From: Candidatus Wolfebacteria bacterium RIFOXYD12_FULL_48_21
GTDB taxonomy: Bacteria > Patescibacteriota > Minisyncoccia > UBA6257 > UBA9933
Assembly (NCBI GenBank): GCA_001793945.1
Contig: MGIW01000006.1
Span: 1,584 to 65,583, forward strand
Direction: 5' to 3'
DNA: 64,000 nucleotides
Part shown: piece by piece, positions 18,691-27,715 of the stretch
Layout of the letters: every line of letters begins with the position of its first letter
Position numbering within the stretch: position 1 is the stretch's first letter
Made by a program: the position numbers and the translations under genes
The notes under the pieces: generated by a model
What the model saw: the letters and a program-made list of their open reading frames with translations, nothing else
Databases searched by the model: none
What the model was told of the DNA's origin: nothing

Positions 18691-20143
18691 GGCGGTGGAG
18701 GATTGGGTCGGTGATTTCTTTAAATGTTGGGTCTTGTAGTAGGTGCAGAATATATCCGTAGAGTGCAGCCGATGCAATGATAATAATGATTGCGTTGAGT
18801 TCGAGTAATGCAAGGCTTATGATGGACATGAAAAGAATAAATGACGCCGTAAGAATGTTCGGCAGTTTTTTTCGTATCGAGATGGATATTTCCTGTTTGA
18901 GCTTGGTGGATAGATAGACCGTGATGATGGTTTGGGTGATCAATGTAGAAAAGGCGGCGCCCGCGATGCCGAAGTGGGGTATCAGTGCCAAATTGAAGAA
19001 AAAGTTGCCGAAGATCCCGATAAGCGCATAGGCGAACAGACTGCGCTCCTTATTGAGCGCGAAAAGCGCGTTGCCCAATATCGGTGCAAGAAAACCTGTA
19101 ATGAATGTAAGCGACATGATCGCAAATGCAAACGAGCCTGCGAGGTACTGGTCGCCGTAGACGATGTATATGATGTCCTTTGCGAGTAGCGCTCCGCCGA
19201 TGGCCATGGGGATGCCTATCATGAGGAGCGCGAGTATCGATCGTTCAAGCGCATGCGTGAAGCGATCTTTGTCATGTGCGAATCGAGCAAGCGAAGGGAA
19301 GAGTGCGGTGCCGAGCAATGCCGGGATCATGAAGATGATCTGTGCTATGCGCAATCCTGCGGAATAATAACCGACATCGGTTATGTCACGAAACCAGCCT
19401 ATCATGATAGTATCGGTGTTGAGCATGGTCGCCGTCATGAGCCCGAGCATGCCAATGGGCCAGCTTGCGTAGAGGATGGGCTTGATGAGTTTCGGATCGA
19501 ATGTTTGGCGAATGTTTTTGAAATAGCGGCGGAATGGATGGAATGCCACAAGCATACCGATGCCGACACCAATGGTGTATCCGACGGAAAGGGAATAGGA
19601 AGTTCCGTAATAGGAGAGCGCAACAAGTCCGCCTATGACAATGGCTATATTGGTAATTATCTGTATTGCCGCTTCGATTTCCATTTTTTCCCATGCGCGG
19701 GAAAGCGATGCGGCAAAATCGCGCATACCGTCGAGACTGACGAGTAGGATAATGATTGGCAAAAGCGCCATAATAGCCTTTTGTTTTATGATGAACGGCG
19801 CGAGTGCAAGGAATATGATAATGGAGGCGACCGTCATGACGAGCTTAATGACGATCGAGGTGGAAAAATATTTTTCCTGCACGGAAAGATCCTTTGCCGA
19901 TTCGCGGGTTATGACCGTGCTGATGCCGAAGTCGGTAAATACCGTAAAGAACGCCGCCAAAGAAAGTGCATAGGAAAAGACACCCCACTCTCCTGCGCCA
20001 AGAATACGCGCAGCATAGATGATGATACCCGCCTTTATGAGCCGGGAGCTGATATTGCCAAAAAAGAGCCAAAATGTATTTTTTTCTATGGTCTGTCGGG
20101 TTGTTTTGTTCTCCAAGAGGAGGGATTTGGCTTTTGAAAACAT
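18659..20143 (-). CDS. polysaccharide flippase (Wzx-like); start moved to Met (MFSKAKSLL..), ORF-track N-terminal 45 aa is translation of repeat DNA
   Basis: multi-TM MOP-family organisation; N-terminus PPYTFYPHPFTPIPYTYYP is low-complexity read-through of GA/TC repeat. Confidence 0.6.
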   Translation of the reverse strand: MFSKAKSLLLENKTTRQTIEKNTFWLFFGNISSRLIKAGIIIYAARILGAGEWGVFSYALSLAAFFTVFTDFGISTVITRESAKDLSVQEKYFSTSIVIKLVMTVASIIIFLALAPFIIKQKAIMALLPIIILLVSLDGMRDFAASLSRAWEKMEIEAAIQIITNIAIVIGGLVALSYYGTSYSLSVGYTIGVGIGMLVAFHPFRRYFKNIRQTFDPKLIKPILYASWPIGMLGLMTATMLNTDTIMIGWFRDITDVGYYSAGLRIAQIIFMIPALLGTALFPSLARFAHDKDRFTHALERSILALLMIGIPMAIGGALLAKDIIYIVYGDQYLAGSFAFAIMSLTFITGFLAPILGNALFALNKERSLFAYALIGIFGNFFFNLALIPHFGIAGAAFSTLITQTIITVYLSTKLKQEISISIRKKLPNILTASFILFMSIISLALLELNAIIIIIASAALYGYILHLLQDPTFKEITDPILHRLRPPSHISTP

Positions 20144-20149
20144 GGGGGT

Positions 20150-20235
20150 AGGGATAGGAGGTGAGAGGGGAAGGGTGCGAGTAGAAAGTATAGGGTAGTA
20201 GGTATACGGTATAGGAGTGAAAGGGTGCGGGTAGA
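20150..20235. repeat. GA-rich repeat tract
   Basis: gggatagggataggaggtgagaggggaagggtgcgagtagaaagtatagggtagtaggtatacggtataggagtgaaagggtgcggg. Confidence 0.7.
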
Positions 20236-20239
20236 AGGT

Positions 20240-20280
20240 ATATGGGGGCTCGCCGGCTGGCGGACGGGAATGACACACAG
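20240..20280. repeat. palindromic element fragment (ccggctggcggacgggaatgacac)
   Basis: shares ccgccRgctggcgga + ggaatgaca modules. Confidence 0.6.
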
Positions 20281-20454
20281 GGAGCGGCTCTTATAGAGGT
20301 AATGATACCGTAAAAAGGGAGTGGGTTAAAGAGGAAAATTTGAGATTAGATGTATGAGATGAGAGATTGGAGGGTAAGGGCTAACTTTATAAAGTTATGA
20401 GTATTTTGACTAACATTTATAATGTTTGAGCATGTGCGAAATTCTTAGTATGCT

Positions 20455-20480
20455 TGCGCTTTTATGGTATACTATGTACA
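20455..20480 (+). promoter_or_regulatory. extended -10-like promoter motif TGGTATACT
   Basis: ttatggtatactatgtac 20 nt upstream of 20497; motif TGnTATACT recurs upstream of several genes (24222, 25705, 31671, 40795, 60762). Confidence 0.35.
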
Positions 20481-20496
20481 GTAACCCTATATATTT

Positions 20497-20862
20497 ATGA
20501 CCAAGATAAATACTAAAAAATCAGGAGTCGTAAGGACTATCATTTTCCCGATTCGTGGTGGATATAGGGCTGTTTGCCTTGATTTTGATATTATCGAGGA
20601 GGCAAGTACCCGGCTGGAGGTCGAGGAGCAGATCAAGGAGGTAATTGTTGGGTATGTGGCCAATATTTGCAAAAACAAGCTTAATGATGCGTTGCTTAAT
20701 AGACATGCAGATAAACGATACTGGGATATGTACGATTCGTATCAAAAGTTGATAACTGCGAAGAGGGAGGCTGTAAATACTTCGTCAGCTACGAATAAGG
20801 TTTCATTATTCACTACGCCGGTTGCCGATCTGTTTAAGCAATCGGCATATTGCTCCGCGTAA
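20497..20862 (+). CDS. HicB-like antitoxin (UPF0150/RNase-H-like fold), putative
   Basis: YRAVCLDFDIIEEASTRLEVEEQIKEVIVGYV resembles HicB N-domain pattern; adjacent HicA-like gene. Confidence 0.4.
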   Translation: MTKINTKKSGVVRTIIFPIRGGYRAVCLDFDIIEEASTRLEVEEQIKEVIVGYVANICKNKLNDALLNRHADKRYWDMYDSYQKLITAKREAVNTSSATNKVSLFTTPVADLFKQSAYCSA

Positions 20863-20869
20863 AGAAAAT

Positions 20870-21142
20870 ATGAGCAAGCTCAGGAATTGGTCGTTTCGCG
20901 ACCTTTGTAAATTCTTGGAGGCGTATGGATTTGTTCCGGGGTATATCAATGGGTCCCATCATTTTTATAATGGAAGCATTAACGGTTCGCAACGAGTTGT
21001 ACAGGCTATTTTGAGCAGTAAGGAGCGTCAGTGCCAAACCAATAAGACAATGAATATGGCGGTACGGCATACCGGAATTGAAAAGAAATATTTTGAAGAA
21101 TGGAAAAAGAAGGGGTTTGTACATGCTGAGATTATTTATTAA
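20870..21142 (+). CDS. HicA-like mRNA interferase toxin (YcfA family), putative
   Basis: KFLEAYGFVPGYINGSHHFY contains HicA hallmark G-S-H-H after dsRBD-like helix; start moved to MSKLRNW. Confidence 0.4.
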   Translation: MSKLRNWSFRDLCKFLEAYGFVPGYINGSHHFYNGSINGSQRVVQAILSSKERQCQTNKTMNMAVRHTGIEKKYFEEWKKKGFVHAEIIY

Positions 21143-21354
21143 AACTTGGATGTATGAAATCCGCTTCACATTGGCAGAGTTTTTAGCTCTGTATATTATC
21201 GTGCGTGATTGATATACTATAATATGTTCGGGATTTTCCCGCGGCCCTGCCTTTTGAATGGTGGGGAATATGGGGTAATTAAAGAGATGGAGGTATAATT
21301 TAAAATTACCAATTTTGAATTTTTAATGGGAGAATGCTTACTATCCGTTAGTGG

Positions 21355-21425
21355 ATAGACGGGTTTAGGACCGGAATGACCCCGTAAAGTCCGCCGGCGG
21401 GCGGACCACGGGGGCAAGCAATGCG
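21355..21425. repeat. palindromic element variant (ggaccggaatgacc...gtccgccggcgggcggac...gcaatgcgggg)
   Basis: direct reading. Confidence 0.55.
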
Positions 21426-21442
21426 GGGATAACAGAAATACT

Positions 21443-22363
21443 ATGATTGAAATCTATCGAAAATCATTGAAGGATGCCCATATCCAAAGGGGTAGCGTGG
21501 TGCAGAAGGGAAGTTGGGTTTCGGTGACCGACCCGTCGGAGCACGAGATCGAATTTTTGACCGATGACCTTAAGCTGGAGCGCGGGCATATTTCCGACGC
21601 ACTCGATCCGTTCGAGGTGCCGCGTTTTGAAGTGGAAGGTACGACCATGTACATCTTTTTGCGGTTTCCGTACGAAGATCGGGGAGCCATACAAACGATG
21701 CCCATCCTTTTTGTCGTAGCAGAGGATTTTTTGGTGACGGTCACGCGGGATCGCAAGGCGATGTTCGAAGACTTCCTTTCCGGAAAGATCGATTTTACGA
21801 CCACGCAAAAGGAAAAGTTTTTGCTACTGTTCTTTATCAAGATCAATGTGCTCTACCAAAGCTATCTGCATTCGATCAATAAAGATGTCCGCATAAAGCA
21901 ATCGAATATCGAACGCATTACCAACCGCGACATTATCGCATTCGTAGATCGCGAGCGCGTGCTGAATGATTTTGTGACCGCGTTGGTCCCGGCGGGAAAG
22001 ATCTATAATACCTTGCTTGGCAAGCAGCACCTTGCATTTATCAAGGAAGACAGCGACATCGTCGAGGATCTTACGCTGAGCAACGAAGAGGCTATCGACA
22101 TTTGCAATACGAGCATCAAGGCGATCTCGAATATTCGGCAGGCCTACTCGACCATTTTGACGAACGACCTGAACAAGACCATGAAGTTTTTGGCAGGTAT
22201 TACCATTCTTTTGACCCTGCCTACGATGATCGCAAGCATATTTGGCATGAATGTGCAGTTCCCGCTGCAGGAAAACCCAATGGCATTTACAGGGATTATA
22301 GGGTTAATCGCGCTTGTCTCGCTTATCGCGTTCTGGATTTTCTCGAAGAAAGACTGGTTTTGA
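21443..22363 (+). CDS. corA: magnesium/cobalt transporter CorA
   Basis: 306 aa, two C-terminal TM helices with GMN motif (IFGMNVQFP). Confidence 0.8.
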   Translation: MIEIYRKSLKDAHIQRGSVVQKGSWVSVTDPSEHEIEFLTDDLKLERGHISDALDPFEVPRFEVEGTTMYIFLRFPYEDRGAIQTMPILFVVAEDFLVTVTRDRKAMFEDFLSGKIDFTTTQKEKFLLLFFIKINVLYQSYLHSINKDVRIKQSNIERITNRDIIAFVDRERVLNDFVTALVPAGKIYNTLLGKQHLAFIKEDSDIVEDLTLSNEEAIDICNTSIKAISNIRQAYSTILTNDLNKTMKFLAGITILLTLPTMIASIFGMNVQFPLQENPMAFTGIIGLIALVSLIAFWIFSKKDWF

Positions 22364-22367
22364 TAAT

Positions 22368-22399
22368 GTGAGATTGGAGGTTAGAGGTATGAGGTGTGG
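22368..22399. repeat. GA-rich repeat, left inverted repeat flanking four-helix-bundle gene
   Basis: gtgagattggaggttagaggtatgaggtgtgg; reverse complement recurs at 22811-22855. Confidence 0.65.
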
Positions 22400-22428
22400 A
22401 ATGATAAAATGAAACGAATATATTTATT

Positions 22429-22809
22429 ATGAACGGAGAATCCTTAAAGATTAGATCGTTTACTGATTTACATGCGTGGCAAGAAGCGCATGCATTAGTG
22501 GTGGCTATTTATACGCTGACAAAGTTGTTTCCCAAGGAAGAGCTTTTTGGATTAACCTCTCAAGTTCGTCGTGCCGCCATATCGGTTCCTTCTAATATTG
22601 CCGAGGGGTTTAGTAGGGGTTCATATAAAGAACGCCATCAATTCTATTCAATAGCAAGGGGATCTCTTACCGAAGTGCAGAGCCAGCTACTTATTGCGCG
22701 AGATGTACATTATATTAATAGGGACATGTGTGAAAAGCTATTTTTGCAAACAGAGACAGTTAGTCGGATAATAAATGGACTTATGAAAAGCACTAAAGCA
22801 TTATGTTGA
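22429..22809 (+). CDS. four-helix-bundle protein (23S rRNA IVS protein family)
   Basis: 126 aa, LTSQVRRAAISVPSNIAEGFSRGSYKERHQFYSIARGSLTEVQSQL. Confidence 0.8.
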   Translation: MNGESLKIRSFTDLHAWQEAHALVVAIYTLTKLFPKEELFGLTSQVRRAAISVPSNIAEGFSRGSYKERHQFYSIARGSLTEVQSQLLIARDVHYINRDMCEKLFLQTETVSRIINGLMKSTKALC

Positions 22810-22810
22810 T

Positions 22811-22855
22811 TATCTTATCTCTCACCTCTGACCTCATACCTCTCATCTCACACCC
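22811..22855. repeat. TC-rich repeat, right inverted repeat partner (tatcttatctctcacctctgacctcatacctctcatctcacaccc)
   Basis: shares cctcatacctct and atctcac with reverse complement of 22368-22399. Confidence 0.65.
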
Positions 22856-24196
22856 ATGAACATTTCACGCGCAAAAATAACTGCCATATTGTTGGGTGAC
22901 ATCGCGTTGTTTTATGTATCGCTGTTTTTGTCGTTGCTTATTCGTTACAAGGGTGAGCACATCAGCGCGTTGTATAGTTTTGTATACGCACATGTTGTGC
23001 CGTTTTCGTTCGTATTGGTCTCGTGGGTCTTGGTATTTTATTTATTCGACCTGTATCGTGAAAAGAACTTCAAGCCGGATAGCCGTACGCTGACGGTGTT
23101 TGGGCAGGCGTTGGGCGTGAATGTCGCCGTCGCTATCGCGATCTTCTATTTCTTTTTTCCGGTCTTTGGTATTTCGCCTAAAACGAATCTGGTCATCTTC
23201 ACGGTTGTCTTTGCTGCGCTCGATTATGTCTATCGCCTCGGACTTGGCAAGGTGTTCGTACGCAGGGGAATGCGCAACAATGTTTTGTTTATCGGGGAAT
23301 CTCCGGAAATGACCTTGACCATGGATTTTATCAGGCAAAATCCGCAGGTAGGATATTCCGTGGCGATGCATATGGCCGGCGAAGATGGCGGGTTTGCACA
23401 TATCGAATCGATCATCGCCAATCGGCACATCAATACCCTGGTCATCCAATCAAATATCATTAAAAAATCTTCGACCGCAAAGATCGTGTATCGCCTGCTC
23501 CCCATGGGTGTGCGCATCGCCGATTTTGTCGATTTCTACGAGCAGATATTCCGGCAGATCCCGCTCAAGGAGATCGAAGAAAACTGGTTCATAGAAAACA
23601 TTCGACCTGCAGGATCGCTTTACTCGTTCACCCGTTCGGTGTTCGAGCGCCTGTTGGCCGTGGTGATGCTGGTTGCGTTGGCGCCTTTTATGGTGCTCGC
23701 CGCGCTTGCGGTAAAACTTACTTCGCGCGGGCCCGTTATTTACCGGCAAGCGCGAGTCGGTAAAAATGAGGTTTCGTTCGATATTTACAAATTCAGAAGC
23801 ATGCGCATGGATGCGGAAAAGCACGGAGCACAGTGGTCAAAGCCGGGGGATAATCGCGTGACGAATGTCGGCAAAATATTGCGCGCCACGCATATCGACG
23901 AATTTCCGCAATTGTGGAATGTGCTGCGAGGGGAGGTTTCGTTCGTCGGTCCGCGCCCTGAACGGCCGGAGTTTGTGGCCGATCTAAAAAAGAAGATCCC
24001 TTATTATGAAGTGCGGCATTTGATAAAGCCGGGCATTACCGGGTGGGCGCAGATCGGGTATCGCTATGGGTCGACCGTTGAGGATGCGTATCGCAAGCTT
24101 GAATTTGATATTTATTATTTAAAGAATATGTCTTTCACACTGGATATGCTGATCATCTTGAAAACGATCAAAACCGTATTCGTAAATGAGAAGTGA
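22856..24196 (+). CDS. undecaprenyl-phosphate sugar phosphotransferase (WbaP/exopolysaccharide polyprenyl glycosylphosphotransferase family), initiating enzyme
   Basis: 446 aa, N-terminal TM helices, C-terminal bacterial sugar transferase domain with EFPQLWNVLRGEVSFVGPRPERPEF. Confidence 0.8.
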   Translation: MNISRAKITAILLGDIALFYVSLFLSLLIRYKGEHISALYSFVYAHVVPFSFVLVSWVLVFYLFDLYREKNFKPDSRTLTVFGQALGVNVAVAIAIFYFFFPVFGISPKTNLVIFTVVFAALDYVYRLGLGKVFVRRGMRNNVLFIGESPEMTLTMDFIRQNPQVGYSVAMHMAGEDGGFAHIESIIANRHINTLVIQSNIIKKSSTAKIVYRLLPMGVRIADFVDFYEQIFRQIPLKEIEENWFIENIRPAGSLYSFTRSVFERLLAVVMLVALAPFMVLAALAVKLTSRGPVIYRQARVGKNEVSFDIYKFRSMRMDAEKHGAQWSKPGDNRVTNVGKILRATHIDEFPQLWNVLRGEVSFVGPRPERPEFVADLKKKIPYYEVRHLIKPGITGWAQIGYRYGSTVEDAYRKLEFDIYYLKNMSFTLDMLIILKTIKTVFVNEK

Positions 24197-24214
24197 GGGG
24201 GGTAGTATGTATTT

Positions 24215-24240
24215 GGTATATGGTATACTGTATAATAATT
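24215..24240 (+). promoter_or_regulatory. extended -10-like promoter motif (tggtatatggtatactgtataat)
   Basis: TGGTATACT/TATAAT-like upstream of 24261. Confidence 0.35.
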
Positions 24241-24260
24241 AAATTATTATACTAAATACT

Positions 24261-25070
24261 ATGGAACAACACGAAACAGAACAAACACAGGGGAGTGGCA
24301 ATGCGGCCGTTGAAGAAACGGCCCATGAAATAAAAAAGGAAGAAAAAAAGGAATGGATGTTGCCGGCAAGTATTGTATTTGCGGCCATCGTGATTGGCGC
24401 AGCATTTGTTTATGCATCGGGGCCGGGCGGCGCCGCTACAACCGGGCAACCCGAAAAGGCGGTGGCAACCGCTCCGCCGGTCACCGATAAAGATGTGATC
24501 GTTGGCGACCCGAATGCGCCGATGACCATCATTGAATATGGCGATTTTCAATGCCCGGGTTGTGTTTCATTTTTTGCCGTCGGAGAGGGGCTGATACGGC
24601 AGCAGCTTGTTGAGACCGGCAAGGCCAAATTTATCTTCAGGCCATTTCCTATAGTTGATAAGATTGTAGGCAAGGGGACCGAATCGGTCGATTCTTCGTT
24701 GGCACTTTTGTGCGCACGCGATCAAGGCAAATTTTGGGAAATGCACGACGGGTTGTACACTGCCGAAGCGAAAGATGAAGAAGCGATCGCGCGCACTGGA
24801 GTTGGTTCTTCCGAGGGCAATGGCAATCTGAACCGGGAACTTTTTGTGCAGATCGCAAAAAATAGCGGAGCGGATGTGAAAGCTTTTTCGGCATGTTACG
24901 ATGCGCGAACCCCGGCGGGTGAATTGAGCGAGATCGTTGCGAGCGCGAATGAGGCCGGTGTACAGGGCACTCCGACGCTTTTTGTAAATGGCGTCCTGTT
25001 CGATCTTGATCCCCGCCAATATCCTACATGGCAATCGGTGATCGATTATATCGCCCAATCCTCGAAGTAA
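24261..25070 (+). CDS. DsbA-family thiol:disulfide oxidoreductase (thioredoxin fold), membrane-anchored
   Basis: N-terminal TM, CPGC active site (FQCPGCVSF), DsbA-like C-terminal region. Confidence 0.65.
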   Translation: MEQHETEQTQGSGNAAVEETAHEIKKEEKKEWMLPASIVFAAIVIGAAFVYASGPGGAATTGQPEKAVATAPPVTDKDVIVGDPNAPMTIIEYGDFQCPGCVSFFAVGEGLIRQQLVETGKAKFIFRPFPIVDKIVGKGTESVDSSLALLCARDQGKFWEMHDGLYTAEAKDEEAIARTGVGSSEGNGNLNRELFVQIAKNSGADVKAFSACYDARTPAGELSEIVASANEAGVQGTPTLFVNGVLFDLDPRQYPTWQSVIDYIAQSSK

Positions 25071-25096
25071 GTTTATTGTGGTACACTATTACTATC

Positions 25097-25270
25097 ATGA
25101 ACTATTTTAGTTGGGCAAAACTTATTCTTGGTCTTTGGGTGTTCGTTTCTCCATGGGTGCTCGGGTTTGCCGGATATCCACTCGCATTGTGGAGCAACAT
25201 TCTGAGCGGCGCGGGCATTGTTGTTCTTGTGCTTTGGACCTTGTTTGGGAAGAGGGATGCTAACAGATAA
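25097..25270 (+). CDS. SPW-repeat small membrane protein
   Basis: MNYFSWAKLILGLWVFVSPWVLGF; start moved to internal Met. Confidence 0.4.
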   Translation: MNYFSWAKLILGLWVFVSPWVLGFAGYPLALWSNILSGAGIVVLVLWTLFGKRDANR

Positions 25271-25420
25271 CAGATAACCAATAACCGATAACGAGATGCG
25301 AGGGAATAACCAATAACCAATAACAGATAACCAATAACCAATAACGGGATGCGGGAAATAACCTATGACAGATAACTAATAACCGATAACGAGATGCGAG
25401 GGGAAAACATAAAATTATTT
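25262..25420. repeat. (ATAACCRATRAC)n low-complexity repeat, three units each ending in G(A/G)GATGCG(A/G)GG
   Basis: taacagataacagataaccaataaccgataacgagatgcgaggg...ataaccaataacgggatgcggg...ataaccgataacgagatgcgagggg. Confidence 0.8.
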
Positions 25421-25433
25421 TTATAATACAACC

Positions 25434-25661
25434 ATGGTAATTATCTACTCAACCAACACATGCCCATATTGCGTTATGGCAAAGGATTATTTCAAGGAGA
25501 AGGGTGTTGAATTTGTGGAAAAGAATGTGCAAATGGATCACGATGCCGCGAAAGAAATGGTGGAAAAGACGCACCAGCTTGGCGTGCCTGTCATTGATAT
25601 CAACGGAACCATTGTGCTTGGATTCGATCGGGAAGCGATCGATAAGGCTTTGGCCAACTAA
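25434..25661 (+). CDS. glutaredoxin-like protein (NrdH/YruB family)
   Basis: 75 aa, CPYC active site near N-terminus. Confidence 0.7.
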   Translation: MVIIYSTNTCPYCVMAKDYFKEKGVEFVEKNVQMDHDAAKEMVEKTHQLGVPVIDINGTIVLGFDREAIDKALAN

Positions 25662-25684
25662 AAATCCCTTCGGGGATTTTTAGT
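25661..25684 (+). terminator. rho-independent terminator (aaaatcccttcggggattttt)
   Basis: hairpin with UUCG loop + T-run. Confidence 0.65.
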
Positions 25685-25748
25685 TGGCAGAATGTATACG
25701 GTATACGGTATACTGTATACATACTACGCTTCTCTTATCTCTAACTAT

Positions 25749-26672
25749 ATGTACGATCTCATTATCATCGGGGGAGGGCCCGCGGGCGTTGCCGCAGGGG
25801 TCTATGCTTCTCGTAAAAAATTGAATGCGTTACTACTGACCAAGGATTTTGGCGGGCAGGCGGTCACATCGGCAAAGATCGAGAACTTTATTGGACACAT
25901 CGCTATTTCCGGGCTGGAGCTTGCCCGGGCGCTGGAAGCGCAACTGCGCGCACAAAAGCATATTGAGATCAGGGATGGGATAATGGTACAGAGCGTCAAA
26001 AAGATTGACGGCGGGTTTGAGGTTGCCGATTTAAAAGGAGGTACATACCAAACCAAGACGGTGTTGATGACACTCGGAAGCAGCTATAAACATTTAAATG
26101 TGCCCGGAGAAAAGGAATATTCCGGCAAAGGGGTATTTTATTGTTCTACATGCGATGCACCGCTTATGCAGGACAAGGCGGCTGTCGTGATCGGCGGGGG
26201 AAATAGCGGGCTTGAAGCGGCACGGGATCTGCTACCGTTCGCTTCAAAGATTACCATTTTAGAATTTGCGCCGACGCTAAAAGGCGATGCGGTAACGCAA
26301 GAGGCGTTGCGGAAAGATCCTAAGGTGGAGATCGTTACACAAGCGCAAACGAAGGAAATTTTGGGGAATGATTTTGTGAGCGGATTGATGTATGTCGATC
26401 TGGCGACCGGCGAAGAGAAAAAACTGGCTACCGAAGGCGTGTTTGTCGCCATCGGTATGCGGCCGAATTCCGATGTGATCAATGGGCTGGTTGATCTGAC
26501 ACCGACCGGAAATGTGATCGTCGATCATAAAACGATGCAGTCTTCGGCGAAAGGCATTTGGGCGGCGGGCGATATTACTGATGGTTCTTATAATCAGATC
26601 AATACAGCTATTGGGGAAGCCATCAAGGCAGTATTGAATATTCACGAATATTTGTTTACGGATAGGGTTTGA
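25749..26672 (+). CDS. trxB: thioredoxin-disulfide reductase
   Basis: IIIGGGPAGVAAGVYA FAD motif, CSTCDAPL-like redox centre (YCSTCDAPL), GGGNSGLEAA NADPH motif; start moved to MYDLIII. Confidence 0.85.
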   Translation: MYDLIIIGGGPAGVAAGVYASRKKLNALLLTKDFGGQAVTSAKIENFIGHIAISGLELARALEAQLRAQKHIEIRDGIMVQSVKKIDGGFEVADLKGGTYQTKTVLMTLGSSYKHLNVPGEKEYSGKGVFYCSTCDAPLMQDKAAVVIGGGNSGLEAARDLLPFASKITILEFAPTLKGDAVTQEALRKDPKVEIVTQAQTKEILGNDFVSGLMYVDLATGEEKKLATEGVFVAIGMRPNSDVINGLVDLTPTGNVIVDHKTMQSSAKGIWAAGDITDGSYNQINTAIGEAIKAVLNIHEYLFTDRV

Positions 26673-26751
26673 GCGGAGCGTGTTTTTTAAAAATAATTTC
26701 TTGTATACTATATTGTAATGAACACCAAGTTAAAACTCGGTTTGCAACTGT

Positions 26752-26964
26752 TTGCGATTACTAACGATGAGCATTGCCATTGCATTGGTCGCCCGCGAGG
26801 GTTTTGCGTGGACAAGCCCCGCCAGTAATCCGCCGTTAGGCTCAGGAGTATTGAAAGTAAGCGGTGGTAATGTCGGTATTGGGACATCAACACCAAGTTA
26901 TACATTGGAGGTCAACGGAACGATCAGCGGGGCTTCCGTATTAAACCCGACTTATGCTCCTTAA
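26752..26964 (+). CDS. small ORF resembling the N-terminal segment of tail-fiber-like/collagen-stalk proteins (GNVGIGTSTPSYTLEVNGTI); possible gene remnant
   Basis: 70 aa; motif NVGIGTxxPxxxLxVxG seen at N-termini of long fiber-like proteins; here no downstream continuation in frame. Confidence 0.25.
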   Translation: MRLLTMSIAIALVAREGFAWTSPASNPPLGSGVLKVSGGNVGIGTSTPSYTLEVNGTISGASVLNPTYAP

Positions 26965-27664
26965 TAGGAAACAAATTATTTACATAATTATTGTTATTGG
27001 AGTCGTGCTTGTCGCGGCTCTTTTGGGGTATGTGTATCGCGCGCAATTGAATAGTATTTTAAATAACCCCGAATTGCCCGCAGCGGAATCCCGTACCGAA
27101 CTGCAAATACAGGAGCAACTTGGCGAGCTTATAAAAGGAGGCAACTTCGACGACTGCGAAAAGATTGGCAATGCGTATTACGAAACGGTGTGTGTAAACA
27201 ACATTGCGTTGCAGTTGGCACAAGAGCGGCTCGATGTAAGCTATTGTCAAAAAATAGATAACAAACTTATTCCGATTGCTGATTGTGAGCGGCAGGTGGT
27301 GGTGAAAAAATCGATCGAACGCGAGAGTGTTGCCATTTGTGATGAGGCGACCGATGGCGATGTACGCGAACAATGCAAAGCGTCTTTTTTAATCGGGTTG
27401 GCATATAAAAAGAACGATGTCAGTATTTGCGACCGAGAGCAGGACAGTGTCCGTCGAAATGAGTGCGTTGATATGTATGTATTCCAGCGAGAATATGTTA
27501 CAAATTCTGTCGGGTTTGATTGCGGGCGTTTTTCCGATGGCGATGTACGCCGGGACTGCGTGCTTTTTGCGCAGCGATATGCCGTGCGTGATATGCAGGC
27601 ATGCGATGGATTAAGATCGGGATTATTCGTAAGCCATTGCATGATGCAGAATGTGTTTAGATAA
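26954..27664 (+). CDS. membrane-anchored cysteine-rich repeat protein (six C-x10-12-C modules, several with DGDVR)
   Basis: N-terminal TM helix; repeats CDEATDGDVREQC, CGRFSDGDVRRDC, CDREQDSVRRNEC etc. Confidence 0.45.
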   Translation: MLLNRKQIIYIIIVIGVVLVAALLGYVYRAQLNSILNNPELPAAESRTELQIQEQLGELIKGGNFDDCEKIGNAYYETVCVNNIALQLAQERLDVSYCQKIDNKLIPIADCERQVVVKKSIERESVAICDEATDGDVREQCKASFLIGLAYKKNDVSICDREQDSVRRNECVDMYVFQREYVTNSVGFDCGRFSDGDVRRDCVLFAQRYAVRDMQACDGLRSGLFVSHCMMQNVFR

Positions 27665-27715
27665 TCATATAAATAAACATATGTTGCGCGGAATGCGAAT
27701 AGCTTTAATTATAGT

